A stretch of 64,000 nucleotides of DNA from contig NC_135252.1 of NCBI RefSeq assembly GCF_964204865.1, forward strand, positions 5,456,001-5,520,000, written 5' to 3'. Positions within the stretch are counted from its first letter, which is position 1. Each line of letters starts with the position of its first letter. Positions 51,556 to 63,843 of this stretch are shown here, one piece after another. The position numbers and the translations under genes are program-made. This DNA comes from Styela clava (Eukaryota). The notes under the pieces are model-generated. The model saw nothing but the letters and a program-made list of their open reading frames with translations. It did no database searches and was not told where the DNA came from.

Positions 51556-51592
51556 GGATTATACATGTCTGCACAATCGGGCATGTATAGCC
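51556..51592 (+). promoter_or_regulatory. Stem-loop over the collagen start codon, resembling the vertebrate fibrillar-collagen 5' stem-loop
   Basis: ggattatacatgtct-gcacaatc-gggcatgtatagcc: tatacatgtct pairs with gggcatgtata (11 bp, two G-U pairs). One AUG lies on each arm (51565, 51583). Confidence 0.65.
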
Positions 51593-54500
51593 AAAGAATG
51601 ATGGACGGACGACGCTGGCACCTAGTGCTGGCACTGATTTTTGGCGTGTTTCTTACTACCGCACATGGACAAGGTCAGTAACTTTTAATATTGAATATTT
51701 CGCACAGTAAATGTAACTTTCGACAACCAATAATTTCGAAAATGGAAAAGTAGGAAATATTCATTCTTTTTGTCGGTATTGAAGTAGGTTTGTATTTACG
51801 AATGGTATACTACAATAAATATTAGAGTTAAAATACGTTGGATAAAAGCACAACCCTAGCCTAAAAATTATTCATCTAGTATAGTTCAATAAACGCATCC
51901 AAAAATACCTTGGCTAGTAAGAACAATATGGATAGAGCGCGACTCGAAGTTGCGTTCCATCTCTTGTTCTTATTGTATGCAAAAGCAATTATATTTTTTA
52001 TAGTTATATTTTTAACTCCCTCGAAAGCTTTCTGAACCACGATATCAGCCTGATTCTTATTCTTAAATTTGTGTTTTTGTGTATAACAGTGCATTTTCTG
52101 TGCAAAGTTGATCAGGGAAAAATATTGTAGTTTGTTTAATTTTGATAGTTCCAGCACATTTAACATCATGGCATACTAACAAACATTCTTTCAAACTGCT
52201 TCTTCGATCGAACTATGTGGTCTGCAGTCTTGCCCGGCGATTCACAGATCTCGTTCGTGTTATTTGTGATTTTTTCTTCTTTTTATGTTTTTTTTCTCCA
52301 AAATATCAGTATCATATTGTATATAATGTTGTACTGTACAATTTGATGTTGTACTGTTCAATAAAGTGCATTTGATATTGATATTTTGACAATGTAACCA
52401 TCACTTAGCTTCCGTCATTTACCGATTATTTTATGCATAAAATTAACACTGGCTATTGCGCTTTATATGTCGTCCGTCTTGTTGTTGTCTTAAATGTTTT
52501 GGTAATGTTCTATACACAGATAATAATAACATGATCATACTATGGGTGTTCTTATTGAGAATAGTAAATTATGGTGATCATGTTTTATTATCCCTCATCC
52601 ATTGCATGCGCTTTTCTTATCTCGCTAAGTAACCGATGCATAACCTCACGGAACACCGTAATTTTCGACATCAATTCCAACCATCTACCCAATGTTAGTT
52701 TAATCCAAAATATCTAGATGTCGATTCGTGGGCTATACATGAAACGCGATGCAGTTTTGGTTTCCATGTATGGTTCACGATCGATTGAGCTCGAAATAAC
52801 GTCAACCGTTTGAGGAAATCTCCATATTTCATGGTCTGTTTAACTTTGCACAGAAAGCACATTTTTTCTAAAAAAAACGTTGCGATAAAGCTGACAGAAA
52901 TGATCTTGCAGATACTGAGAGGTTCCGCTCGGTCGGAAGCTGAAAGAATTTCAACTATTTCCGCCGCAATTGACGGCGGTTTCGCCCAAAAGGTCAAATG
53001 CGGCGAGGATGTAGTTTGCCATTCACGTGATTGTCTGCAAAATCCTACGCCATTTTCTCATCCTTCCTTTCATCTTATATCCCGCTAAGTTCAATCACTT
53101 GTCTTCTATAGTGTAAATAATGCGTTCAATCTTCAAACAAAACAATTACGCGACGACATCTATTTTGTTTGCCTACATTTAAACACGAACTGCGATTTTG
53201 CCGGGCAAGCGTAACCACAATATTCGACCGAATAAGCGTTACGGTTTGAAGAATGCTTGGCGAAAATGAATCCTATTTAGGTACCTCAATAGAAAATGAA
53301 AAGCACTGCACCAGAAATGGCGTCACTTTCGCGAGTGGGGACGTTTTTAAACCATTTCCTTGCGAGGTGTGCGTATGTGTTAACGGCGAGCTAATCTGTG
53401 ATGAGGTTCAATGCGACAAGCTGGATTGCCCCAACCCTGTTGTACCAGAAGGAAAATGTTGTCCCGTTTGCGCCGGAGGTAACTATCCGCTCAACATTAT
53501 TAGCTTTTGTAATTATTGAACTTTTCACTCTACTCTTATCTTTTCTATCCTATTTTGCGCAATCGCGTGAGTGGCATAGAGTCATCTAACTTTTGTTGGC
53601 TGATTCGATTTATTTCAAATAACCTTTCTTCAGTGCAATATTCAAGGTAATTTATAGTAACGTTTGTCAAAGCATTACAAATGTCCACAGTCCCCTTAAA
53701 CCTCGTTTGATATTAGAATGAACGCATCTGACAATTGCTTTTTATTTTGTGTTTTTCAGGACAAAAAGTGAGTGCTCGTCAGAAACAATTCTCTTTATCC
53801 AGTATCATCTATCTTGTAGCGGCATATCAAGCTTTCCATCGCTGAAAATCAATTTCCACATATCGTTATAGTATTCCTGTTTTGTTGTCTAATTTAATAA
53901 GGAACAAACCACAAGTACTATCGAAAATAGGGCATAAACGAAGTGACGTTTCTACACCTACGTTATATGATTTGAAAAATGCAAACACAATCTTTTATCG
54001 GCCATGAATTTATATTAATATAACATTCGCACCTAATCAATACGGTTTTAATTAAGTTTCAAGAAAGCTAGTATATTTACATTATGGTCGTCCATTGACA
54101 TTTTCTGAGTGTGAGGAACATCGTTAAAAAATGCATCTATATAGTTAATGAAATGACGTAATAATAAAATAATCACTGAGTGATTTAGAAATAATTCAAC
54201 AAATTATTTCCGAAATGTTAGAAAATAGAGAACAAAAAGTGATTTTTAATTTTTTCAGGGACAAAAAGGAGAACCTGGCTCTCCGGGAGATACGACGGTA
54301 AATGCAAAAAATCATTTCATTTCATTATAACATTTAATCTCCAGAAAATGGTAGAAATAGTCAATTTAGAATGACAATTCATATGTGTTTTTCATCACGT
54401 GCTTACAATTTATTTTTCAGGGACTTGGAATACCGGGAAACCCTGGACCAAAAGTGAGTATTATCTCAAATAATTAGCTTTGTGATGTAGTCTGGTGAAA

Positions 54501-57500
54501 AATAAAACGGATCGTGTCCTACAGCACACAATATAACAATGTAGTACTGTTTCTGAATTTTTAGACTGCTATGAGGAATTTTTCACGAACATACGCAAAT
54601 TTATAGGAATAAAATATTACTCTCCATGAGCATAAGGAATGAAGAAATTCCACTGCCAAACATAATTTTCTCGGGTCACCCGATGCCTTTTTAACCAACC
54701 AAATCTTTCTTTGTTGTCAGGGCGAGGCAGGTGACCAGGGACCAGCAGGTGAAGATGGATTACAAGGACAACAGGTATGTTATATAAGCTTTGCTATAAT
54801 CTTTCAATTGTATACTGTCAAGGGTTAATTAATAGCAGTATAACTACCCACAAAATACAATACATCATATTCTGTTTGCAAAGTACTGTTATAAATCTCG
54901 TACATACATTTCGACTTGAAGACGATTGCTCTTCGGTCTTGGTGGTTGTCGCCGAATGTTTGTGTTGAGAAATCCCCTTTTATTTTTACTTACATATTTA
55001 GGCCTGAGGTTATGAAAATCTTGTTTTATTACAGGGTGATATTGGACCAAGAGGAGCAAATGGTTCCCCCGGAAGACCAGGCCCACCAGGACCTCCCGGT
55101 CCTCCTGGACCTGCTGGAGACGGCGTGAGTATTTCGCAATGTTTGTATAGTGTAAATGCTGCATTTGGTATAACATCGGTATAAATGTAATCACATAGCG
55201 ACGTGGTTTACTCATGTAACCAATGACAAAAAAAAAATCTAGACAAATATCCTGAAATCATATTTGTTGAGTAAAACTTGATTAGATGAAAATAGGATAA
55301 TGAAAGCTATCGACCATATTCATTGGTTCAAACATTCGATCATTGGAAACCATAGTTTGCAAAACGTTACAGAAATACAATTGTGATAGTGTGCAGCAAA
55401 GCTCTTGAATTAAATAGGATTGAAACATTACTGCCAACTAAACACTTCCCGCTCGGTCAAATATGAAGATCATTGAAATGTAAAGACAGCAACTCAAAAA
55501 TATTTAATAATTGTCCTTGTTTCTATATTTTTATAGGGTGGATACCCCTCAGATGACAAGGGACCAATTAACAGAGGATCGAGAGGTGTACCGGTGAGAT
55601 ATTTGTGTGTTATCCACACACTATTTTATGAACACAATTGATACTCTATTGTATATTGTTTGGAAAAGATAATTTGAAGACGAAATAACTTTTTCCCTGA
55701 TGACAATCTTGGCTCGAATTTCATTATCTATTATATTTACAGGGCTCAATGGGACCTCGAGGACCACAAGGGCGAACTGGACCATCTGTGAGAATGAAAT
55801 ACTATACTATGAGTTATAATTAAACATATTTATATGAGCATTAATTATCGAATTCTATATTAACCACTGTCTTATAGCTATGAACACATATATACAAATA
55901 AAATTCGCAAAAGATCGTGTTACTGATTTCAAAATGTTTCACATAAGCATAAATAAACTCTAAATCTGCAGTCAAATTTTCATTTATAATTCGCGTAAAT
56001 AGCATATTCCCATCTTTTTTCAGAAAAGTTTTTTTTACTATAATTTTAGGGACCTCAAGGATTCATGGGACCCCCAGGGGAACCTGGACCAGTAGGATCA
56101 ATGGTAAGTTTCAAATATTATAATTGTCTTAAGTTGAACCTTCTCATTAAAAATTTTTCGCTTATTTTTGCCTGAAAATATGTGATTAATTTAAAAAAAA
56201 AAATTAATTAAAACTCACTAACTAGCACTGCCTGAAGTACAGTGGTTATTGATATAAGTTAAAGTAACACATATACATACATTACCTAATAATTTTCATT
56301 ACTATAATACTTTTTGTAAATATCAAGTTATCATTTTCATAGTTATCACTGACTACAACTTTTATTCAGGGACCCCCCGGATCTCCAGGAGTCATAGGAT
56401 TGCCTGGAAAAGACGGAAAAGATGTAGGTTTTTACGAATTATCTCATTGCAATTTTTTTTCTTAATGTTATCAGATTCTGATATAATTATTTATTATCAT
56501 TATCGTATCTTTCATTTTAGTAAGTATATATGATATCTTTGTGTAAAAATATTCTACAGAATTTCTATAATATCAACCCACCAGACAAGAAATTAAGTAC
56601 TGAAAACGTATAGACTACTATGAATTATTTATCCTAAATTTTAATTTGTATACGCTGTATATGTGTTAGTTTGAGCATATTTGAAAACATATATATATCA
56701 TTTCACTACAGGGCGAAGACGGCAAACCTGGAAAGTCTGGCGCGATGGGACCGCCTGGTCAAATGGTAAGCTTTCCTGATTAATTTATGCGTTTTGTATA
56801 TTTTTTCAACACTAACAAAATATTTTGTTTTAAATTTCAGGGTCCAAGAGGTGTACCCGGAAATCCCGGAATGCCAGGAGCTAAAGGTCACCCGGTAAGA
56901 AGCGTTAAATTCCATGAATTCATTGCAGGCAGCTGTCTTATTTAAGAAGGTTTTTTATTTACATTCGACTACCCCAATGTAGCGAATAAATTACATGCAT
57001 ATTGATTCAACGCATATTGATTCAACGCTTACACAGCAGTGCATTTGAAAAAAAAAACTATTTATGATGACTTGTTTCTAGGGTTACAACGGTCTAGATG
57101 GAGCAAAAGGAGAAAATGGCCAGGAAGGCGAAAAGGTAATATTACTGATAACTTAGTCAACGTGGAATTGATTATAATCATAGTCTGTAACAAATTATAC
57201 AGTATAAATGTGTATTATGATCTTCTGATACATCCTCAAATTGAAATTTAGCGTTCTTCTGAAATAGCCTGATTTGGCTTTGAAATCACATCAAAGCGTA
57301 AAGTTGCTTTTGCAACCAACCTAAACAAATTTTTCACTGCTCAACAATGTCCCTCTATGAAACCAGCACACGCCATTTGGGATCCTTGTATATAATGCTC
57401 TCATATTTGACAAAGCCATCTTTTGATGATTTGAAGAAAAATTTTTGTGGTTGAGACTGTCTGCTATTTTGTATTGGTAACCAAAGATAGGCGCCTTTGA

Positions 57501-60500
57501 ATTACTGGTTTACACCATTGACGTCAATGACTCTGTCTTTATCCCATGAACCGTGAATAGACAGATGTACTCCTTGCACGAATTTAATAACTTTTAGAGA
57601 GGTGGAGGGAAATGGGTTCAGCTGTATACACATTTTCAGTGATGTATTTAAAAAAGTTTGCATGCATAATATTACACAATTTTCTAGTCGGATAGACCCC
57701 GCCCAATAGAACTAAGTGAATTATAATGAATAGACCATTTTGGAAAAAATTGAAAATAATACTTCGCGGTCGATGACTCGACGTGAAGTCGGAAACCAAT
57801 GTTACTCAGCTCTGTTCAAAATTTTGTAACCACAGATGTGCAACGATGTAACATTTTCCCCATCAACAAATAGTCGTAATATTTTGAATTTAATGGCCGT
57901 TAATTTATTTAAATACATATTGCCGGTGCGCTTATGTTTTATATTAAATTATTTGAGGATACACTTAAATCACAGCGGTCTGTAACAAGTGTTTAAAAGA
58001 AGAAAAAATGAAAATGTCTCAAATGGAAAAACTAAAATCCGTTTCAAATCTATTTTTTGTACCTTGTACCTTACACAATTACATATCCCTTTTACACTTT
58101 ATTTTTTATAATAGGGAGACAGTGGTGAAACCGGAGAACAAGGAAGAGATGGTGCACTTGTGAGTATTCTATCATAGCATAATTTTATTGTGTGTTTATA
58201 ATTCCTAATAGAATTTTTTTGAAATGGTTGTCGAGTTCACGCATTCAATTAGGTGTCCAAATACTTTCTGAAATTATAAGTATTTTGTTATATATATACT
58301 AATATCCGCTTATTTATATTTTAGGGACCTCGTGGCATACCAGGAGAGAGGGGACGACCCGGAGCATCAGGACCACCAGTAAGTGTGCTATTATTGTTAT
58401 GTCCCCAATTATCTGACGCAGATTTCAGGATACGTCCTCCATTGTCAGCATTGTCATTTTTTTTATCTAATTTTGTTTAGCGGTTTGGTTATAAAATTGT
58501 ATTTTCTAAATTTACGATAAGATGATTTGTACAATTGTGATAACTCAAAGAGGTATTTTTAGTTGAGGCTTCAATAAAACGCATTTTCTATATAGCGCTA
58601 TAAGATATTTAAGCTTTACTTGTACATTCCTACCAGTCATGAATCATCACATTGAGTTTTTCACCTCTTTTTTTAATAAACAAATTTTTTTTTAAGGGAT
58701 CAGCTGGATCTGATGGCGCTGCAGGACAATCTGGACCGCCGGTATGTAAATTATTTATATTTTTTGGGTTTAATAGTGTCTGAAAATGTCATATATTTGC
58801 CAGGCACTACTAATACATATGGTATTTCTTGGACGATAATTAAGTGATTGAAGCACTTTCAAAATCATAATGCATCGGAGGTTCCAAAAAATCACGATTC
58901 TGAGTTCTCGTAATTACGGTTATCATCATACCAGCAGTAATTATCACAATGTCGTAAAAATACCAGACTCTATATCAAATCCAGATAAATGTAAGAAAAT
59001 TTTTATATTGCATTTATGAATCAGGGGGCAATGGGACCGTCAGGTTCAAGAGGTTTCCCAGGAACCCCCGGAAGTAAAGGTGAAAGAGGACCCACAGGCG
59101 CAGGTGGCCCTGAAGGTCCCCAAGGACAGCGTGGAGAAAGTGGAACTCCTGGACCACCAGGTCCTTCTGGAGCAACTGTGAGTCATAATTATTTATGAAA
59201 ATATATAGCATGTTCTCAAATTCAAGCATTCTTTATTTAAATAATAATAGAAAACTATGAAAAATATCAATTTTCAAACTTGTGTTACATCCGCAACATC
59301 ATGACTAACTAGTCTTCTTTAAACATTTTTTTCAGGGCAATCCAGGAACCCCAGGAGGTGCAGGTGCTAAAGGATCTTCGGTACGTATAACTCAATACAT
59401 GTACATTGGTGAACAGACGGAGGAAATATATAAAATATAGTAAACTGACTCTCAATCTTAATTTTCTAGGGTTCACCAGGTATCAGCGGACCACCAGGTA
59501 TTCCAGGATCACAAGGACCACCTGTAAGTGCAACATTATTATACATATACATTGAAAGGTGTCGCAACGAGTTGCAAAAAAATCAGCGGTTTAGTCAATT
59601 GATCGTTCGCAATTTAAACATTATTTCTATAGACTATTTAACATAAATTTTATACATTACCTTTATGTACCCAATTATTAACTACTTTCTTAAATCGACA
59701 GGGGCCTCAAGGAAGCGTCGGGCCGGGTGGACAAAAAGGAAACCAGGTACGTTGTCCCGCTTATTTACTTTTCATAAAAATTGAAGGTGACACAAATATG
59801 TTCTGTTGTGGATTTTATTTTATTTTCTTATCTCAAGCTTGATCAGGTCAAACTAAGAGAAGGTTTTAAAACTCACTTATCGCTTATCAAATGATAATTC
59901 ATATATTTCAATTCTAAAATCGGAAATAAAACTTTAAAAAGCTCACAATATTTCAATTGAAAAAACTATTTAAAACATGTAGTAATTAACAAGTGATGTG
60001 TATTCTGACTTTCTTTTTGCACTCTTCAGGGCACACCGGGCACGACAGGGTACAAAGGAGACCAGGGACCAAAAGGATCACAAGTAATATTATATGCTTT
60101 AAAATTTGAGTATTGAAATATTCGCATAATCAATTATTACTTCGTATCACTCTGTCAAAGCTAGCTTATAAAAAAAAAAACTTGAATTCAAGTAATCTTT
60201 AAAATTATATCATGGTCATCCACCTTTATCGAGTGCGATACGCATACTGATCGTTTGCGAGATATAACTTACTGTGATTTTACCGATTGATTACACATTT
60301 TAGGGATCAATGGGATCTCAAGGCATACAAGGACCACAGGGAGAAGAAGGAAAGAGGGTATGTAAATTTTGAAATATGGCTTTTAGAAGATTCTTGAAAT
60401 GACAATTTTAGTCTAACACATTATTGTATAATTCAGGGTCAGCGTGGAGAGTCAGGACCTGAAGGAGCTCCCGGACCAGTTGGCGCGCGGGTGAGTGAAC

Positions 60501-63500
60501 TATTCAATTTGAATTATGCCATGATATTAAAGCGACAATATGTCTGATTAATGAATATGACGAAGCAGACGTATTTATGTCAGATATAGCAATATATAAA
60601 TATTCGTTATATTCTAACAGGGTTCACCAGGTAATCGTGGTTTCCCAGGAAGCGATGGAGCCGTTGGGCAAAAGGGTCTAAGAGGAGAGCGTGGAAAACC
60701 TGGAAAAATTGGTTCAAAGGGTTCAACTGGTGATCTTGGACGTACAGGAGAACCCGGAATGCCAGGGTCGAGGGTACGTATCAATTATAGAGTTATATAT
60801 TATATTGTCAAAATTAGGATGCTATGGAAAGAAATATATATTAATGAAGATTTGCGCATTTAATAAAGTGCCATGTACCACGTCAAGGCCTGGTCGAAGG
60901 TACGAAGGGCCATAAAAATAAAAATGCTGAATGAGTGAGACTGTAAATTTGGTAACTCATAAGGTGGTTATTTGTTGATAAAATGCTACTTGAGTAAATA
61001 TCTCGAGGGAGCATAGTGGGAAAAAATTGAATTTTTGTTGCGGAGTCATTGCCGTTTTTAAATATTTGTTGTTATATTTAAGGGACTTTCTGGTAGACCT
61101 GGACCCGAAGGAAGAGAAGGAAAAGCCGGACCTGTCGTGAGTTTATTTTAATTCCACGGACATAGTTTTGCAGGTACTCTTGAAGTATGCGCACCAAGAT
61201 GTCGCACAATCTGAACCCTAGCCTGGTACCCAACCTGAGTTCAGGTTGTGCGCCATTTTGGTGCGCATACTTCAGGAGGTCCGTTTTGCAATATAGATTC
61301 AGCTAATCAAATATGAATAATGCCGAACTACTCTTCAATACACGTTTAGAAAAGAGTATTTCTCGCTTTTTACTCTCAAATCATTGCTAGTGAATCGATT
61401 TTTTGTTTGCTGTCAATAACAAAACAAACTTTTTTGCAGGGAAAACCTGGTGCTGATGGTCGTGCGGGAGCAGCCGGCCCTCCTGGTACTCGTGGTCCAC
61501 CGGGACAGATGGGTTTTACTGGTCAAAAAGGAACTTCGGTAAGTTTTTATTCAGCATAACGACGTGGGTTATTTCGAAAACGTAAATACCGAACCTAAAA
61601 CCGAGTAGTAATTTTATGAGCAAAAGTGATTATAAGTTACATTTCCATTAGCGCAACAGCGTAAGATATTTAAAATACTCTCAAATTGATGACATAATGA
61701 CGTCAAGCTTCTTTTCTTTAGAATTAAATAATTCTGTTATATCTCACACTTTGTGTATTTGCAAATTCATTTAGGGAGAATCAGGTAAATCTGGAGAAAA
61801 GGGTGCAGGTGGACCCCCAGGTCCAAGAGGAGCTGCAGGTAAACCTGGCGAAATTGGACCACAAGGAATAGCAGGACCTCCGGTAACTTTAAATTTTCTT
61901 TATAGATAATTATAGATACATTCTACATTGGTAACTTGTGACGAATTCGAATTCAATATAATACGGTAGTGGGCTCAACCAGTGGGCCATATTGAAAATT
62001 GCTGAAGCTATTGATAAATTTAGTTAAATTGACGGTAGTAGTATTGAACAACGAACGATGCCGCTTTTTTTTTATATAGGCTAATATTTATCATTCTAAT
62101 TATTAAAGTGAAAGTCTAGTTTTGAGGAAAAACCCTTTTGTGTTTTTTGCAGTTTTTCCCTTGTATGAAAAAGTTATCAGGCCATAGAATGTCTGTGAAA
62201 ATTTCAATCTCCTTGTGATTTAGTGTGCGTGTAAGTTTCATTGCTTCCAAATGGTTACTTTTAGGGAATGGTTGGAGAAAGAGGTGAACAAGGACAACCC
62301 GGTTCTCCCGGATTTCAAGGTCTTCCTGGACCGATGGGTATATCAGGACCACCAGGAAAACCCGGTGAATCGGTAAGTAATTAAAGAAATAAAATTTTCA
62401 AACATGGAACATACTAGAGAATTTTTTTCAATAATTGAATTGCAATTTTACTATATTAAGGGAGTCCCTGGCGAAATGGGATCATCCGGACCAGCAGGTG
62501 ATCGAGGACCTCAAGGATTTCCAGGGGCTAGAGGAAAAGCAGGATCAGTTGGGCAACCAGGACCAAGAGGTATTGCCGGTGTTCCAGGAGATGATGGTCT
62601 CAAGGTATATTTCAGAATATATTATTATCAATCAATTTGGATATAAAATCGGTTGTATTTCCTCATCAACCATGCTAATTCAATTTTATATTTGCAGGGT
62701 GCTACAGGAGGTGAAGGTAACAAAGGAGAACAAGGTCCAGCCGGACAATCAGGTGTTCCTGGACCTCGAGGACCTGTTGGTATGGAAGGAGCTAAGGGTG
62801 AAATTGGAGATTCAGGTCCTCAAGGCAAGGAAGGAGAACCAGGAAGTCAGGGAGTACGTGGACCTCCAGGTCTGATAGGAGCAAATGGTGCTCCAGGACC
62901 AAGCGGACTCAAAGGGGATAACGGAGAACCTGGAGAAGCAGGGCCAGTTGGAGCTCGCGGAGAACCCGGATTAAGAGGGGATTCCGGACCGGTTGGATCT
63001 CCTGGATTCCCAGGGTCACCAGTAAGATTTCTATATTTGTAGCCAACAGTTTAACATGACAACATGAGAATAACTTCGTATTTTTATTATGCCATTCGGC
63101 GCTAGTTATGTGATAAAAGTTTTAAATCCGATTTCAGGGACCAGGTGGACAATCAGGTAAAAAGGGTGACTCTGGAGCACGAGGACAGAAGGGAGATTCA
63201 GGATCACCTGGCTCTCAAGGGCCATCTGGCGGACCAGGACCTCAAGGCGAGCCCGGAGTACAGGGTGTTAAAGGAGGCCGAGGATCACAGGGGGCACCTG
63301 GAGCAACTGGATTTCCCGGACCGACTGGAAGACCAGGAGCACCAGGATCACAGGGACCAGCTGGACAACAAGGATCGGGTGGTGAACCAGGAAAACCTGG
63401 ACCAAGAGGCGCAAGGGGTGATAACGGAAAAGCTGGAGCCCGAGGACAGGATGGTAAGTATTTTAATTTAAAGTCATCAATACCAATGGTACACATAAAA

Positions 63501-63843
63501 AATTAATTAGTCAAATTCAAAACATTTAATTCAAATATAATTGGTATAATATACACATTAATATCTTTATAAACATGCAAAGTAGAACATTGACTTCATT
63601 AGCATGCATTTTTACAACATTGATGTTACCAACTGTGATATTTTGCTCTTTCATAATGTAAAATAAAGGTTTAAATTGTACTAAATTTTGATATAATAAT
63701 AATTACAAATAAAAACAACATTGTTAAAAAATAATATTTAGTAGTATACTTGATTTACTAAAATACATTCTATCATGTTAGGTCCCCCAGGACCCGCCGG
63801 AAATGAAGGACCTTCGGGAAAACCAGGACCACCAGGAAAACCG
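51583..63843 (+). CDS. Clade A fibrillar collagen alpha chain (COL1/2/3/5A2-like), 3' end beyond the window
   Basis: Signal exon ends at 51673 (in-frame ATGs at 51565, 51583, 51598, 51601). VWC exon 53281-53478, microexon 53760-53767, minor helix exons at 54259, 54421, 54721 and 55035, N-telopeptide exon 55537-55593 (YPSDDK). An uninterrupted Gly-X-Y major helix follows from 55743, with exons of 45,54,54,54,54,54,45,54,45,153,45,54,45,54,54,54,153,54,99,108,108,144,324,316,62 nt. It is colinear with COL1A1 (GPQGF.GPPGEPG, KGH, GLDGAKG, GEEGKRG, GFQGLPG, GATGFPG). Confidence 0.95.
61173..61282. mobile_element. 110-bp hairpin MITE with perfect 8-bp TSD
   Basis: GG...CC termini, arms tgaagtatgcgcaccaa.atg.cgcacaa.ctgaac / gttcaggttgtgcgccattttggtgcgcatacttca, flanked on both sides by gttttgca (61165-61172, 61283-61290). 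Confidence 0.92.

Noticed and set aside
51138-51634. Several overlapping short ORFs upstream of the collagen
   Set aside because: They reflect the higher GC of the promoter/5'UTR; no motifs or splice support.
63242-63496. Pro/Gly-rich minus-strand ORF and other off-frame ORFs over collagen exons
   Set aside because: Antisense or alternate-frame shadows of Gly-X-Y codons.
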